A DNA stretch of 64,000 bases from Octopus sinensis. Taxonomy: Eukaryota. A program made the translations under genes and the position numbers. The stretch is taken from positions 10,415,360-10,479,359 of the forward strand of contig NC_043019.1 in NCBI RefSeq assembly GCF_006345805.1, read 5' to 3'. Shown here piece after piece: positions 11,333-24,380 of the stretch (the first letter of the stretch is position 1; each line of letters begins with the position of its first letter). The notes under the pieces are model-generated. The model made no database searches. It saw nothing but the letters and a program-made list of their open reading frames with translations, and was not told the DNA's origin.

Positions 11333-11530
11333 GGTGAGCTGGCACAATCATTATCACGCTGGGTGAAATGCTTAGCGGCATTTTGTCTGCCGCTACATTC
11401 TGGGTTCAAATTCTGCCGAGGTCGATTTTTGCCTTTCTTCCTTTCGGGGTTCATAAATTAAGTACCAGTTGCATAGTGGAGCCGAGCTAATTGACTGGCC
11501 CCCTCCCCCAAAATTTCAGGCCTTATGCCT
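11333..11530 (+). mobile_element. tRNA-derived SINE family B; other copies at ~17140-17520- (tandem), 20490-20695+, 25403-25615+, 33420-33835- (tandem), 50460-50680-, 57100-57315-, 59729-60300+ (trimer)
   Basis: Head GGCGGCGAGCTGGCAGA…GAGTTCAAATTCCGCC, body GAGGTCGACTTTGCCTTTCATCCTTTCGGGGTCGATAAATTAAGTACCAG. Confidence 0.85.
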
Positions 11531-13493
11531 ATAACAAGGTTATCTTGTATCTGTGAGATTTCGATGATGTGATTGTTTAATGTAGAATATCATTGTAAGG
11601 TAGGCGTGAGAACATGGACCTCGTCTGTTTGATCATAAAATGGGATATTTTGACTGGATACGACCGGTTTAAAATGTGAAGGCGTTCAAAGGCAATAGTC
11701 ATGGAAGAAAGGAAACCTTTTGTCTTATTTCCGGCAAACTTAATCTGTCCTGTGAAAAGTCAACAGAAACTGTTTACAAATGCTGTGTAAAATGCCATTT
11801 AAGCTTTTTAAAATTCTTCTATCAATCACTCTTAACATTCTTAGTGGTGGTCTTGGGCTGACTGTCGGGTGGTAGGATGGAGAGAGGATATGGTTAAGAT
11901 AGGATTAGCTTTAAGATTATAATCCTGTTGCTTGAGGTTTGACCAACAGCTTTCATCTGGCTGTGTGGCTAAGAAACTTGCTTTGTAACCGCATGGTTCC
12001 AGGTTCAATCCTACTGCATGGCACCTTGAGCAAGTGTCTTCTATTATAGCCCTGGGTCAGCCAATACTTAATGACTAAATTTTGTAGATGGAAACTGGAA
12101 GCTATACAATAATCCCTCTTTTTTACAATAGGACAAAATTTATATTATTTGCTCTCAACCGAAGCAAGGCTCTAACCTCACTACCTCCTCCTTGTCCCCC
12201 AATAAAAAAGTGTGGAGGGGGTCTCTAATAAACCAGCCTCTCAGTCCAAAAAAAAAAAACCCTGCGATAGGTGAAAATCCACAAAGCAGAAACAGTACTG
12301 TATATATTTTATTATAAATGCAAAACAACGCTACAGAGGAATCCGTGTAAGCTTAGATAACAAACTGCAATATGGCGAGGGATTATTGTATATGTTTAGA
12401 GATATATATATATAGCTATATATGTATAGATATATATTTGGCTATATATGTATATCTGCATGTATGTTTATCTCCTTGTGGACTTAGAGGTTCAGCAAAA
12501 GTTTGCAAGAATAAGTACCTGACTTGGAAATAATTACTGGGTTTGATTTGCTCAACTCACACCCTTCCAGCTGGTTTCTCTTCTGGTATGTTCTGAGGTG
12601 ACTGGTGCGTTCACTGTGAAAAAATTAGTGCTCAGAGTGAGCCCTGCCAGCTTGCATACGTAAAGCATAGAATGATGTAAAATAACCTACATTAAAGAGA
12701 AATGGTTAGAGCAGGGAATTGATAAAATACTGGGTGACTTTTACTTGCGGTTTGTTAGTCATTTTAATTCTTAATTCTTGCCAAACGCTTGTTATAAAAG
12801 AAAAAATGAAAGTTTAGTCTTGGTGTCAAGATGTAACCCTTTTGATATCAACCTGCTTCAAACTACCCCTTAGTTTTAATCGGGGCTGGCTGGAGTCGGA
12901 AACAAGGGGTGGCTGGAGTCAGTAAAGCTATAGTGACTCCAACTCCCAGTGTCTTTATTCTTTAATATAAACCAGTTTTAACAAATAGGCCTACTCAGTA
13001 CAAGTGTATGCTTTATGAGATATGTAGACCAGAATCACTTAATTACATAAAGAGGAATTTGTATTGGGTTAGGGTTATTGTTCTGCCGTGTTGCCGTAAT
13101 ATTTTGATCGGTCTGTCAAAATATCTAATTCATCCAAAGATATTTCATTGTTTTTTTTTTTTTCTATGTTTTGTGTCTTCATATAAATCCTTCTCAAGTT
13201 GGAATTGCTCTGAAGCCATATCAGTTCTTACTCACCCCACCAAAAAACAGAAACAAATCCTTTCTTTATTTCAAACTGTACTGAAAATTTCCCAGCCTTT
13301 ACAATAATATTTAGAAGGAAACGGCTTTCTTTTGAAGCTACGAGATCTGTGATGATTTATTTTTAGAACGATATTGCAAGGTAGGTGTGAGAGGTTGGAT
13401 TTGACTAATTTGAACATAGAAACGCATAGAATATATGTGCCAGAAATGATTGGATTAAATACTTAAAGGATTGTTTCTTCTTTTTCCTTTTAG

Positions 13494-13579
13494 CTTGGTT
13501 ACTTTGCTGGAATTTGCCGAAGAGAGACTCCACTGCAAGAATGTCATAATCTACTTCAAAAGGGATCGCAACAACAGAA
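13494..13579 (+). CDS. OAZ: Antizyme coding exon ((G)LVTLLEFAEERLHCKNVIIYFKRDRNNR)
   Basis: TTTTAG acceptor and A|GTAAGT donor. Phases join the previous exon (GG+C) and the next exon (A+GT). LLEFAEE is the antizyme signature. Confidence 0.96.
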
Positions 13580-14869
13580 GTAAGTCAAAACCACTTTCGG
13601 TTTTTTTGGGTTTTTTTCTCTTTCTTGTGGTAGCTGAAGTTTCCCTCTTTTCTTATCCTTGCTTAGAATATAAAAGAAACACTTCAATTCCATACTCCCT
13701 AATATTTTAGAATCTGAAGGGGTCGTTGGGGTAATAACAATTCTTTCCAGTTTATTAAAACTGCGTTATCTAAAGTCTTCATCCTTTCTCTGCATACACA
13801 AGCATTTTTCTCCCTAAAGAGTATAGGCCATCAACAGCCCCAGCTTTTCTCCTCTGTTCGTGACTCTGGGCCCTCTTTTCTGTTTCTATCCAGCTGGATC
13901 CCTACTTAAGCTTTCCTTGTTTCTCCAAAGGATGTCCCTCTCTCAAATCTTGTTGCTTTTGACTCCTCATCGATGCTTCTGTAAACTTTGCCTTTTTTCT
14001 TTCTTAAACCTTGGTGGGGATGTTGGCTTTATGCAAACCCATTTTTTTACCTTCTGGAAAGAGCTGGTCGATATTGCTCAGGCCTCTGTCTTTTGACTTG
14101 TCCAGCCTGGGAAGCCCTAGTCGGATCTTGTGCTGGCATAGCTCTCTGGGTCATTGAGGCATGCAAGCCATCACGCCACAAGGACTGGGTCCTGTGGTAG
14201 TCAATCCATTCCTTGTATATTTCTGATGTCCCTGTATTAAAAATTTATTTTTTAACTCTTAATCATTCAGACTTCTCATAGATTCACATGTGGTTACATG
14301 TGTGTGTGTTTACCATGTGAACTATGGTGAAAAAAATGAAAGTTATGGTATATAATCTTTGTGCAGAGGTTCCTTGAGATATGTAATTTATTTTAAGGCT
14401 TACGCAAGGGTAAAAATGTTAACACTTCTGTAGACTTAGCTTATCTCGCACCAGCTTTCCGGCGAGATTATCTCCCCTTATCGTAGGGAGACGGCCTTCA
14501 ATGCCATTTGGTAATCATGACACATCCTCTCCAGGAGGAGATAATTTTTATAAATGAAGAATTTACACTCTGTGGTATTTTATGTAACTATAATTTCCGT
14601 TTATATACATGCTGCTGGTCACTCTGAGTTATTTAGATTAGCTTTTGTATATATGTAATCTTTTTAGTCACTGCCATGAGTTGAGTAATTTTGCTATTAT
14701 TTCTAGCGGGTTTAATGATCACATAGAGGGTTCTTCATTACTCTAGAAAAGAAGGAAGGAAAAAAGAAACCCCTGTAATATCCTAGGTTTGGTTCTTAGC
14801 TGATGGATCAACTCGTTAGCTTTCAGATTTCTTTGTCAAATGCAGTGCTTGTTTTCTCATATGGGAGAC

Positions 14870-15210
14870 CCCCCCCCCCCTTCGGTCACGAATGACCATG
14901 GAATTGCACCTTCAAAGATACCCTCTGAGGCACAAGTCTTGGCAAGGTTGTTTATGGAAGACCAGCAGTTGCCCATGTATACCAGCCTCCCATCTCTCCA
15001 TGCTACCAATGTTATCCAAGGGAAAGGCAAAGGGGCCGATACATCTTGGCACCAGTGATGTCGCAGCTCATTTCTACAGCTGTGTGAACTGGAGCAACGT
15101 GAAATAAAGTGTCTTGTTCAAGAACACCACATGCTGCCCGGTCCGGGATTTGAACTCACAACCTCACGGTCCTAAGTTCAGCACTCTAACCACTGAGCCA
15201 TGGGCCTTCA
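14870..15210 (-). mobile_element. tRNA-headed SINE with LINE-like tail (related heads at ~46510-46635-)
   Basis: Reverse strand reads GTGAAGGCCCATGGCTCAGTGGTTAGAGTGCTG…GAGTTCAAATCCCGGACC, followed by a body and a TCATTCGTGACCGAA tail. Confidence 0.7.
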
Positions 15211-17716
15211 CATATAGTTTTGAAGTAATCATGTATTGTCTCATAGCTTCAAACTTTCAATGTTTATTTTTAGGATGATACAGGGTAGTGTGTGAGGTCA
15301 GAGCTGGCTGTCTTTGAACATAAAAGCAGGAAGAGTATTTGGTCCTAGATATGTCTGTAACAAGTAAAATACAAAACCCCCAAAATACAATGATAGAAGC
15401 TGGAACTGTCTGTGCAAGGTCCTAAAAGACTAACTTCAAAGTATTCTACTCTTGCTGGTTTGAAAGAAACGAAGCAAGCTTGCCTCACTGGATGTTTAAT
15501 AGATTATGATTTGGATTCTAATTAAATTATGAACTACATGACCAGGATAATGGGTGATAGAATTAGTCAGGCATCACACAAAGTAATTTCTGGAATTGAG
15601 CTATTGCATCCTGTTGTATTTGAGTGTAAATCCTGTTCAGCTGTATCCTGTTCCGTTTTCGGTTTAAATCCGGTTGTGGTTGGTTTTTGCCTTTTTTTTT
15701 TTTATCCTTCCTGGTTTTGGTTAAATAAATTGCCAATGGAGTAAGAGGGTGGAGGTGGATCTAATAATACTTCCTCACCGCCAAAAATCTTTTGTGGCTC
15801 TCAACTTTCAGATAACAACATCAAAAGACCAGTTTCCAAGCAACTGTCAATTGGATTTATTTGTGGAGTGCAAGTGGTGTGTTTGAGTTATTGGGTGGGT
15901 GGGTGTGGGAAGGTTGCATTCACTCATTTTTTTTTTTAACCACTGGTCAAGGTGCTTGACCCTTTAGTATTCATATTACTTGAAGTTAATGTGCATTTAT
16001 TCACATTTGATTATTTTTAGAGTGGCATTGTATGGTAGGTGTGAGAGGTCCGATCTGGTCAGTTTGACCATAGAGCAGGTAGACTATTTGGGCCAGATAT
16101 GGTCAGTGTAAATCAAGGGTCTCCAAAGTGGTCGATAAATGCACATCTGAATTTTTATTTTCTTGTACGTAGCTGGGGGTTGACTCCATGAAGGAGTCGA
16201 TGGTCTTAAAAATTTTGGGTCCCATGATCTAAATGCAAATGGTTCAAACACTGGACACTGGAGAGGGGCTAAATGCCAGAGAGGCTGACCAGCTGTTTCT
16301 GTAGCTGCTGTATCTGTTATTGATACAATTGAAACTAGAACAGCTGCTGCTACTACTACTACTGCTGCCATTCCATTATGGAGTCAAATGAAGTCTTTGC
16401 CTGGTTTCTTGGCTTGCTAGAAATAGCAGCCAAATGACAGTGTTTGAAAAATAAGTGATGTACACATTGGCTAAATGTGGTTTTAGATGCTTTTAAACAA
16501 ATGGGGCTGGAGCACTTTTGGCCATGGGAATGTTTTAACACTTGATTAGTCTACATTACTTTGTGAGATATGTAGATCACAATCACTTGATTACATAAAG
16601 AGAAGTTGGAGTTTTTTGTTTTGATTCCACAGCCCTGGTGGACCCTGGTTGAATACTACTGCATAAGCTTTTAAACCCATTTCTGGCCCCAATTTTTTTT
16701 TGTTCTTTGGTTCTTGAGTGGACAACGGGTGTTTGTTTAAATGGTAGCAGTTGTTTATAGTTTGTTGGCTGATGACAGCTAGAACCATTGTCCTATTTAG
16801 TGTAGCAGCTGTCACAGGAAGAAGAGTGGAGGGGGGGTAACAGTTGTTTATTGGAAGATACAAGGAATTGGGTTTTAAGAGGATTTAAAAGGAAACATTT
16901 TTTGTTGTGAGATTTTGCTAGTTTTTTTATTTTTATTTGTTAGGCAAAACTTTAAGGTACATCCGTAAGACAAGTTCAGGTCTCAATATAAATATAATGG
17001 TTTACCCCAGTGCATGACTGGTACTTGTTTTATTGGCCTTGGCAGAACTTGATCTCAGAACATAAAAGTGGATGAAATATTTCTAATCCATTTGTCGGTG
17101 TGCTAAGTTCCATCAGCTTACCACCTTCAAAAGATTTATATTATTTATTGCCCACAGAACGTGCTAAACATAGAGGGGACAAACAAAGACAAAGGGATTT
17201 AGTCACATCAACCCAGTGCATAACTGGTACTTAATTTATCGACCCCCCAAAAGGATGAAAGGCAAAGCCGACATCTGTGGAATTTGAACTCAGAATGTAA
17301 AGAAACGAAATACCTATTTCTCTACTACCCACAAGGAGCTAAACACAGAGCGGACAGACAAATGGATTGTCGATTACATCGACCCCAATGCGTAACTGGT
17401 ACTTATTTAATCAACCCCGAAAGGCAAAGTTGACCTCGGCGGAATTTGAACCCAGAACGTAACGGCAGACGAAATATGGCTACGCATTTCGCCCGGCATG
17501 CTAACGTTTCTGCCAGCTCACCACGCACGCACGCGCGCGCGGGCGGGCGACACAAGCATGGTTGTGGTAAGAAGTTGATTTCCCAACCACATGGTTCAAG
17601 GTTCAGTCCCATTGTGTGGCACTTTGTGCATTGTCATCTCGGGCCGACAAAACACTTGTGAGTGGATTTAACGGACAGAAACTAAAAGAGGCTTCTCTGT
17701 GTGTGCGCGCGCACGC

Positions 17717-17788
<72 letters not shown>

Positions 17789-17983
17789 TATCTCACCACC
17801 ACCACTGTTTAACTGGTGTTGGTGTGTTTACATCCCCGTAGTAAAGTGAAAGTAAAAACTGGTTTTAAATATTAAATTTTCTGACACATTTTCCCCTTTT
17901 TTTCTTACGTGTATGTTTACATAATGAATTTTTTTTTATGTTTGTTTATATATGAAATTTTTTTTTCTTTTTTTTTTCTTCAG

Positions 17984-18111
17984 GTTCCCTCATCAAGACT
18001 TTTATGTTTCTTGGTTTCGAAGTGGTTCCACCCGGCAATCCTCTAGTCCCGAACATTGGCGACTTAATCTTCATGGCATATACCATCCTAAGCGACGATC
18101 TCTCAGACTGA
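17984..18111 (+). CDS. OAZ: Antizyme last coding exon (SSLIKTFMFLGFEVVPPGNPLVPNIGDLIFMAYTILSDDLSD*)
   Basis: Poly-T + CAG acceptor at 17983. TF.FLGFE.V.PG.PLVP…FMAY is the antizyme C-terminal motif. ORF2 totals 254+86+128 = 468 nt, in frame to TGA 18109-18111. Confidence 0.96.
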
Positions 18112-18760
18112 TCTGCTTACCTCTATTAAGATTCTTTGACACTCAGGTTGCAATATCGTTCTTCTTTTTAATCGAAAAAAAAAAACAATTTTAAAAAAGA
18201 CCATTTTGCATCAGGGATACAGTTACCATTATTCTTAAGTGTGAATCTAAAAATAAAATCTATGGATTTTTTTCCCCCCTTATTTCCTTTTTATTAAAAA
18301 TTAGTTTTGTAGAAATTTATTTGAATTTTTTTTCTTTTTTTCTTGTGTCTAGATAAGATGTGATTGCACAAAAAACTCAAAAATTCAAAAAAATAAATAG
18401 CCCGAAAAATACACATATATATATATAATATAAATATATATGTATATATTATATGTATATATATATATATATAATATATATACATGTCTTTATTTTTTTA
18501 ACATTACCATTTAAACAATGGAGATGTCCTTGCAACCTTTCTTTCCAAGAATCTTACCCTCTGTCAAAGAAAAAAAAAAACATTGTATCCATGAGTTATA
18601 AAAAAATTTAAAAAATCACCCCCCAAAAAAAAAGAATATATACAGAAAAATTACAAAAAAAAAATAAAAAAACTAACTTAAACCATTGTACATTTGTCTT
18701 AATCTTTTGTGTTATGTTTCTTAATATCCTGTTTTTGATGTTATTTGTTGCTTGGGATCT
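18112..18760 (+). terminator. Antizyme 3' UTR with candidate polyadenylation signals
   Basis: AATAAA at 18252-18257 and 18663-18668, ATTAAA near 18293, and GT/T-rich sequence after ~18690. Confidence 0.5.
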
Positions 18761-19346
18761 TTTCCATTTGGCCGCCAAGGTTTAAAAAATTAAAACATCA
18801 TCGTTTAACGTCCGCTTTCCATGCTAGCATGGGTTGGACGATTTGACTGAGGGCTAGTGAACCAGATGGCTGCACCAGGCTCCAATCTTGATCTGGCAGT
18901 TTCTACAGCTGGGTGCTTTTTACGTGCCACCAGCACGGGAGCCAGTCAGGCGGTACTGGCAACGACCTTGCTCGAATCTTTTTACACATGCCACCGGCAA
19001 AGGTGCCAGTAAGGCGATGCTGGTAACGATCACACTCGAATGGTGCCTTTTATGTCCCACTGGCACGGAAGCAGGTTAGCTGCTCTGTCAACGATCACAC
19101 TCGTATGGTGCTTTTTGCACCCTGCTAGCATGGATACCAGTCATTGAATTTGATTTGATCATCATCATCGTTTAACGTCCGTTTTCTGCGCTAGCACGGG
19201 TTGGACGGTTCAACCGGGGTCTGGGAAGCCGGGGGCTACACCAGGCTCCAGTCTGATCTGGCAGTTTTTACAGCTGGATGCCCTTCCTAATGCCAACCAC
19301 TCCGCGAGTGTAGTATTATCGAAAATTTTTTAATGTGGTACATTAA

Positions 19347-19561
19347 CCCTTTCGTTACTATATTTTGAGATCCTTTGTTTTCTCTCAATTATTTTAAATA
19401 TAACAAAGAATTAAGCAAATAACTTAGTTATCGTTAAGCCAGTGTTAGGAACATTAATTGTGACCAAGTGTTCGTGAAAGATTTTAATTCAAACCTTATG
19501 AAAAACAAACATTTGTACTACAGAGCCAGAGGCGGTTTCAGCCAGGTTGGTAACGAAAGGG
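19347..19561. mobile_element. piggyBac-like MITE (~215 bp); partial copies at ~8207-8335 and ~12835-12870, tandem copies at 56324-57025
   Basis: TTAA|CCCTTTCGTTAC … GTAACGAAAGGG|TTAA (TIRs plus TTAA TSD). Confidence 0.8.
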
Positions 19562-21499
19562 TTAATGTAGCTTTTCCAAACTGAATTGCTGGAGTTATTT
19601 CACTTTTTCCAGAAAATTTAAAGAAAAGAACAGTTAGTTTTAAAGTTTGATCATTTCCACTTGGTCAGGAGAAAAGATTTGGAAGCTGTCATTTTGTGTG
19701 TGACAAACACATTTTGTCAACATCCTGGAAATAGCATGAGTTGTCAGTATTTGTATTCTATACGTGGAAGATGAGTAAACTATGCATCTTATTACAAATT
19801 AATCATCATTGTTTAACGTCCGCTTTCCATGCTGGCATGGGTTGGACGATTTGACTGAGGGCTGGCGAACCAGATGGCTGCACCAGGCTCCAATCTTGAT
19901 CTGGCAGTTTCTACAACTGGATGCCCTTCCTAACGCCAACCACTCCGCGAGTGTAGTGGGTGCTTTTACGTGCCACCGGCACTAGGGCCAGTCGGGCGGT
20001 ACTGGCAACGGCCACAAAAATTTTTATTTAAAAAAAAAACAAGCCACCATTAATCATTCGATATATTTGTCAACACCTGCTTTCTTGCAGGCAAGAGTTA
20101 CCAGATTTGGCTTGTTACTATGCATAAAACGGGCCTGATTGTGTCTGGCTTACGGTTGGCTAAAAGTACACACACGCACACACACACAGTTAACATTTAT
20201 ACACGACAGGTTCCCATACAAATTCCGTCTATGAATTCCTCACTCATTGCATTCTGGATTGCATCCAAAACAATCTAGTTTTTAGGTGAACTGTGAACAT
20301 ATAACAGCACCTGATGTACACAGCTTAGCGGCAGATTGCTACTTTTCTGCCAATCTGTTTTAAAACGATTTCAATATGCGCACATCATTATCAGCATCGT
20401 TTTTACGTTTGTTTTCACATGGTGGCATGGGTTGGACTGAGTAGTACTTACTGACACTAATCGTTTTATTTGCTTCTTACAGTACAGTGATAAGAAACGT
20501 TAGCATGCCAGACGAAATGCGTAGCCGTATTTCGTCTGCCGTTACGTTCTGAGTCGAAATTCCATCGAGGTCGACTTTGCCTTTCATCCTTTCGGGGTCA
20601 ATAAATTAAGTACCAGTTGCATACTGGGGTCGATCTAATCGACTGCCCCCCGCCTATTCAAGAATTTCGGGCCTTGTTCCTAGAATAAAAAAGGATATGG
20701 CGTATTCTAGAAATCTGGGTTGTACATGGTATAATATAACTTTTAAGAAAATGAAATCTGTTGAATGTGCTTTGAAATTAGTGTCTATTGAAAACAGGTG
20801 GTTTACGTAGTTGCTTTACTTGACCAGCTAACAACAGTTGCCAAATTTGTAATCTGGATAAAACATAATACAAATCGGGTGATATACGCAAAATCTATTC
20901 CTGTGAGGTAACTTTTACCCTTTACATAAACATGACCTGCCTATGGATGAAAGTAAATGAACGTGATATGATGTAGCCTTTGTAGATGGTGGTATTGATG
21001 TCTGAGTGTTGTGGGTGGATGTTTGGATACGTTATGAACCGGATTTGTTTTAATGGCTTCATTCTTTACGTTTGTGTAACAGTGGAACCGGAGGCTTCTT
21101 AACCGGATCCATAACTTCTTTTCCGTTTAAACAGTAAAATGTGCTAAATACAATCAAAGGCGTTTATGTTCCTCCCACGCTTCACATCTAAGTGGTTTCT
21201 AGGAAGTTCCATTTGCACAGACTCTTTGGCCAGTTTTATTCTATAACTGCCAATCGTCCAATGCCTTATGAGTCAATTTTGTTGACGGACACTGTGCGGA
21301 ACCCTTTCCATACATTACATATTGTCTGTGTTTGTTTCCCGTCACTTGGAAATGGGTGTTAGTTTATCTTCGTCCTCGTAACTTAGTAACTTGTCAAATT
21401 AAAACCGATAGAATAAATACTGGAGGTCTAATCGACTAAATGCATCGAAGTGTGGCCGCAGTCCAATGATCTAAAACTGCTAAGTTAAGTTTGCGAGAA

Positions 21500-21900
21500 G
21501 GGGCATGACCTTAGCAGGCTTTCCAAGACCAGTGAGTTCGATACTGTTGGACGTCGTTTAAACTTATCCGTCAACACCTGCAGGTAAGACATAAGGAGGG
21601 GGGAAGATTCCAAAGGGTTGATATTGTGTGTAGAAACGGTAACATAACGGTGTGTACAGGGCTGGGGGTGGTTGAACGCACCAGGAGGAAAGAAATGATG
21701 GAAAAATGCATGTTGCGGGGCGTGCGAGACCGGTCAGTTGCGAGATACGGTGACCATTACACTAAAGAGAATTCTGCACGCCTGTGGGCCAGGGACTGGA
21801 GCCTGTCCGTAAGTGTTTGAATACCAATCAAGCGAGAGGTCCCCGAAATGCGACCCAGGATATCTGTTGTGTGCGTTGAAGTGACAAAATGTTATGGCTG
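21500..21900 (-). mobile_element. Decayed LINE 3' end (CR1/Jockey-like)
   Basis: Minus strand FLHTISTLWNLPPPYVLP resembles the C-terminal SF…LWN.LP motif of LINE ORF2. Stops are present. Confidence 0.5.
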
Positions 21901-23789
21901 AAACGCTTTTGTCTTCGTCTGTTCGCTTATTAATGACTTTGGTTTAAACGATTATGTGTTTCATTTCCATCGATAATCCTAATCCAATCCATAACGACAG
22001 AATCCACGATCCAGCACCCAAAAGCGGAAATAGAAATGACATCGAGTTACATAAGCAATACACAAGAGCAGTAAAGAAGTTATTCAAGGGAGGCTACTCT
22101 ATACTACTAAATACATAATGGTATGCATGTTGTAATTGGTTGTCTCCCTTTATTGAAGCCTGCTACACTTTTATGCAGATCTAACGTTCTGCACACAGTC
22201 GTACCGTTTATCGTCCTTGGGTCGAACTAATACGGGAGTTTCTGCGTCGAGGATTGAGCTGCGAGAAATAGCAACCAAATCTCTCCTAAACCTCATCGTA
22301 CCATCTTCAAAACGTGAGATGCGTTGTGCAAACCAATTCCGGAACTCCTATGTCTGGAAATAAGATATGATGGTCATGCCTGGACTATGTTTTAACGTAG
22401 GATTGTCTTCGGCTAAACGACAACAACAGTTTTTCCTACACAAGAATCACCTTTAGAAAGATGAAAAATAGAACTCGACGAAGCAGCAAAGCAGTCATTT
22501 CCCATCCTCCTAGAAATAGCAGCTAAATATCCATCGTAACATACACTGTTGCTTTAAACAGATATAAATACATTAGATAATATTTAAAAGAGACGAAATA
22601 GTCACGGTAGGAATGTCTTTCAGCATAGGTGTTTAAAATAGTGGTTCTCAACCGGGATCCACATTTTAAATACAATTCCTAATAGAAATAGAATAGGATT
22701 TTCGAAAAATTCTTTGAATGAAATAAGGAAAATTGGCCCAAAATGGTTAGGAAACACTGGTCTAATCATTCCGATCAGAGCAGAATAATACAACAACAAA
22801 AACATTGAATCTCTGTGGACAAGTGGTAAACTGTTCAATAGATCATCGCTTGTGTCTGTTTCGATTCTCTGCGCTTTAAGTTCGAATCCCGCTGACGCTA
22901 GTTTGCCTTTCATCGCCTCTTCTTCTTGGAGAGAGAGAGAGAGAGTTAGTAAACTGCTGCGATGCTAAAAAGCGAAATGTTCAGGCGTCTTTTCTTTCTG
23001 TGAGGAATGGGCAGAAATGGATTGCCGTACATTACACAGAATCTGATATGTTTTGAATATGCGATCCTAAACCGACTAAAAAGGACAACAAGTGTTCAGC
23101 AAGTGAAAGAAGGCTTGTTTTATGCATATAGACATAATTTACTGCTCCATTAATAGAAAAAAGTGTTTACGCCATAAAAGAAAAGAATGTTCAGATGAAA
23201 CGACATATATGACAAGTGGAGAAAATTTTCGTCACGAATTCAGCATTCAGGCTAAATTTTACACATTAATTACGTATTCTTGTTGCTGCTGAGTGTTTTT
23301 CTCTTGTATCGTACAAGGTTGAATATGTAGCTGTGACAACAGCTATGAGTAAAAAGTAAAAGCCATCAAGCACTGAACAAGTCTGAAGTTTTCACGTTCA
23401 AATAAACCGTATGTGTAGACTGTATTCACAGAAGGTTTTACTCATGCCATCAAAAACTATCATCACATGAACAACAGCTGTGGATTGGACCCATTTGGGG
23501 TTTGCGCACGTGATCGGCTTGTAGTCCCTATGAGGCAAAACGTAGAGTGGAAACCAACTGTTACAGGTGTATCGTTAGCCTGATACATAAAAGATGAAGA
23601 TTCTTAACGCTTTGGTTTGCGATTGATTTCCTGAATCTTCGACCAGGCAAATAATTCCTTCTTTGTCTTTTATTCCTTGACCAATAAATGCCCAGAATAT
23701 TAAATATTTCTGAACCTTTTCATTTAAACCTGGATTTTAGAACTCCATACTAAGTTTTTTATTATGAGTTTAAAAAATCGATTTTTTTA

Positions 23790-24380
23790 ATGCTTCGAGG
23801 ATCAGCACCGACAAGTCGGTAGGTTTGCGACTGGGTCCATGGAGATGGAAGTCCATACCATCGGACAGTGTTGTTGGCAGCTGGACTGACGGACCAGTCA
23901 AACTGATGGGAGTCTAGTTCGACTCCAACCTCCAAGTGGATAAGAATTGGGACGAAATCACGCACAGGGTAGATAACCTGAAACGGTAATGGGCAGGAAT
24001 GAAGCTATCTTCTGACAGAATGGCAAGAAGTGACGAATGCTTACATCACCTCCATTTTTATTTAGTGCCTTGCTCCAAATACCACCCGATCAGGCTGCAG
24101 CATCTGCTATTTATTTTCTTGCCGAAGGAGCATGCTCGAATGGTTAGCGGATCAGTCTACTGTCACGACCCTCTGCGTGGATGCTTAGGCTTGTCTGAGA
24201 TGCGCGCAGAGCGAAGAATCCGTTTTGCAAGCATCCGCTCAGTGCACGGACATTGCCGATCTGTGGGGTTGTGCCAAACAGCTGCTGTCACGTGGGGGGG
24301 GGGTGATCTGTCTATCGGCCGAGTTCATTGTAATGATTGCACCACCACCGTCCCCTTGACGGGAAGGTAAGTCAGCCTTC
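23790..24380 (+). mobile_element. Tx1/L1-like LINE ORF2 fragment, degenerate
   Basis: DGPVKLMGV*FDSNLQVDKNWDEITHRVDNLKR*WAGMKLS…; post-RT region of L1/Tx1 ORF2 with stops and frameshifts. Confidence 0.65.

Noticed and set aside
12560-12760. Possible intronic H/ACA snoRNA
   Set aside because: Weak hairpins and no convincing H and ACA boxes at the right spacing.
13471-13710. 79-aa ORF
   Set aside because: Only 13494-13579 is exon; the rest is intronic read-through.
13830-14230. Complex sequence in antizyme intron resembling a coding remnant
   Set aside because: It could not be assigned to any family; probably an old transposon fragment.
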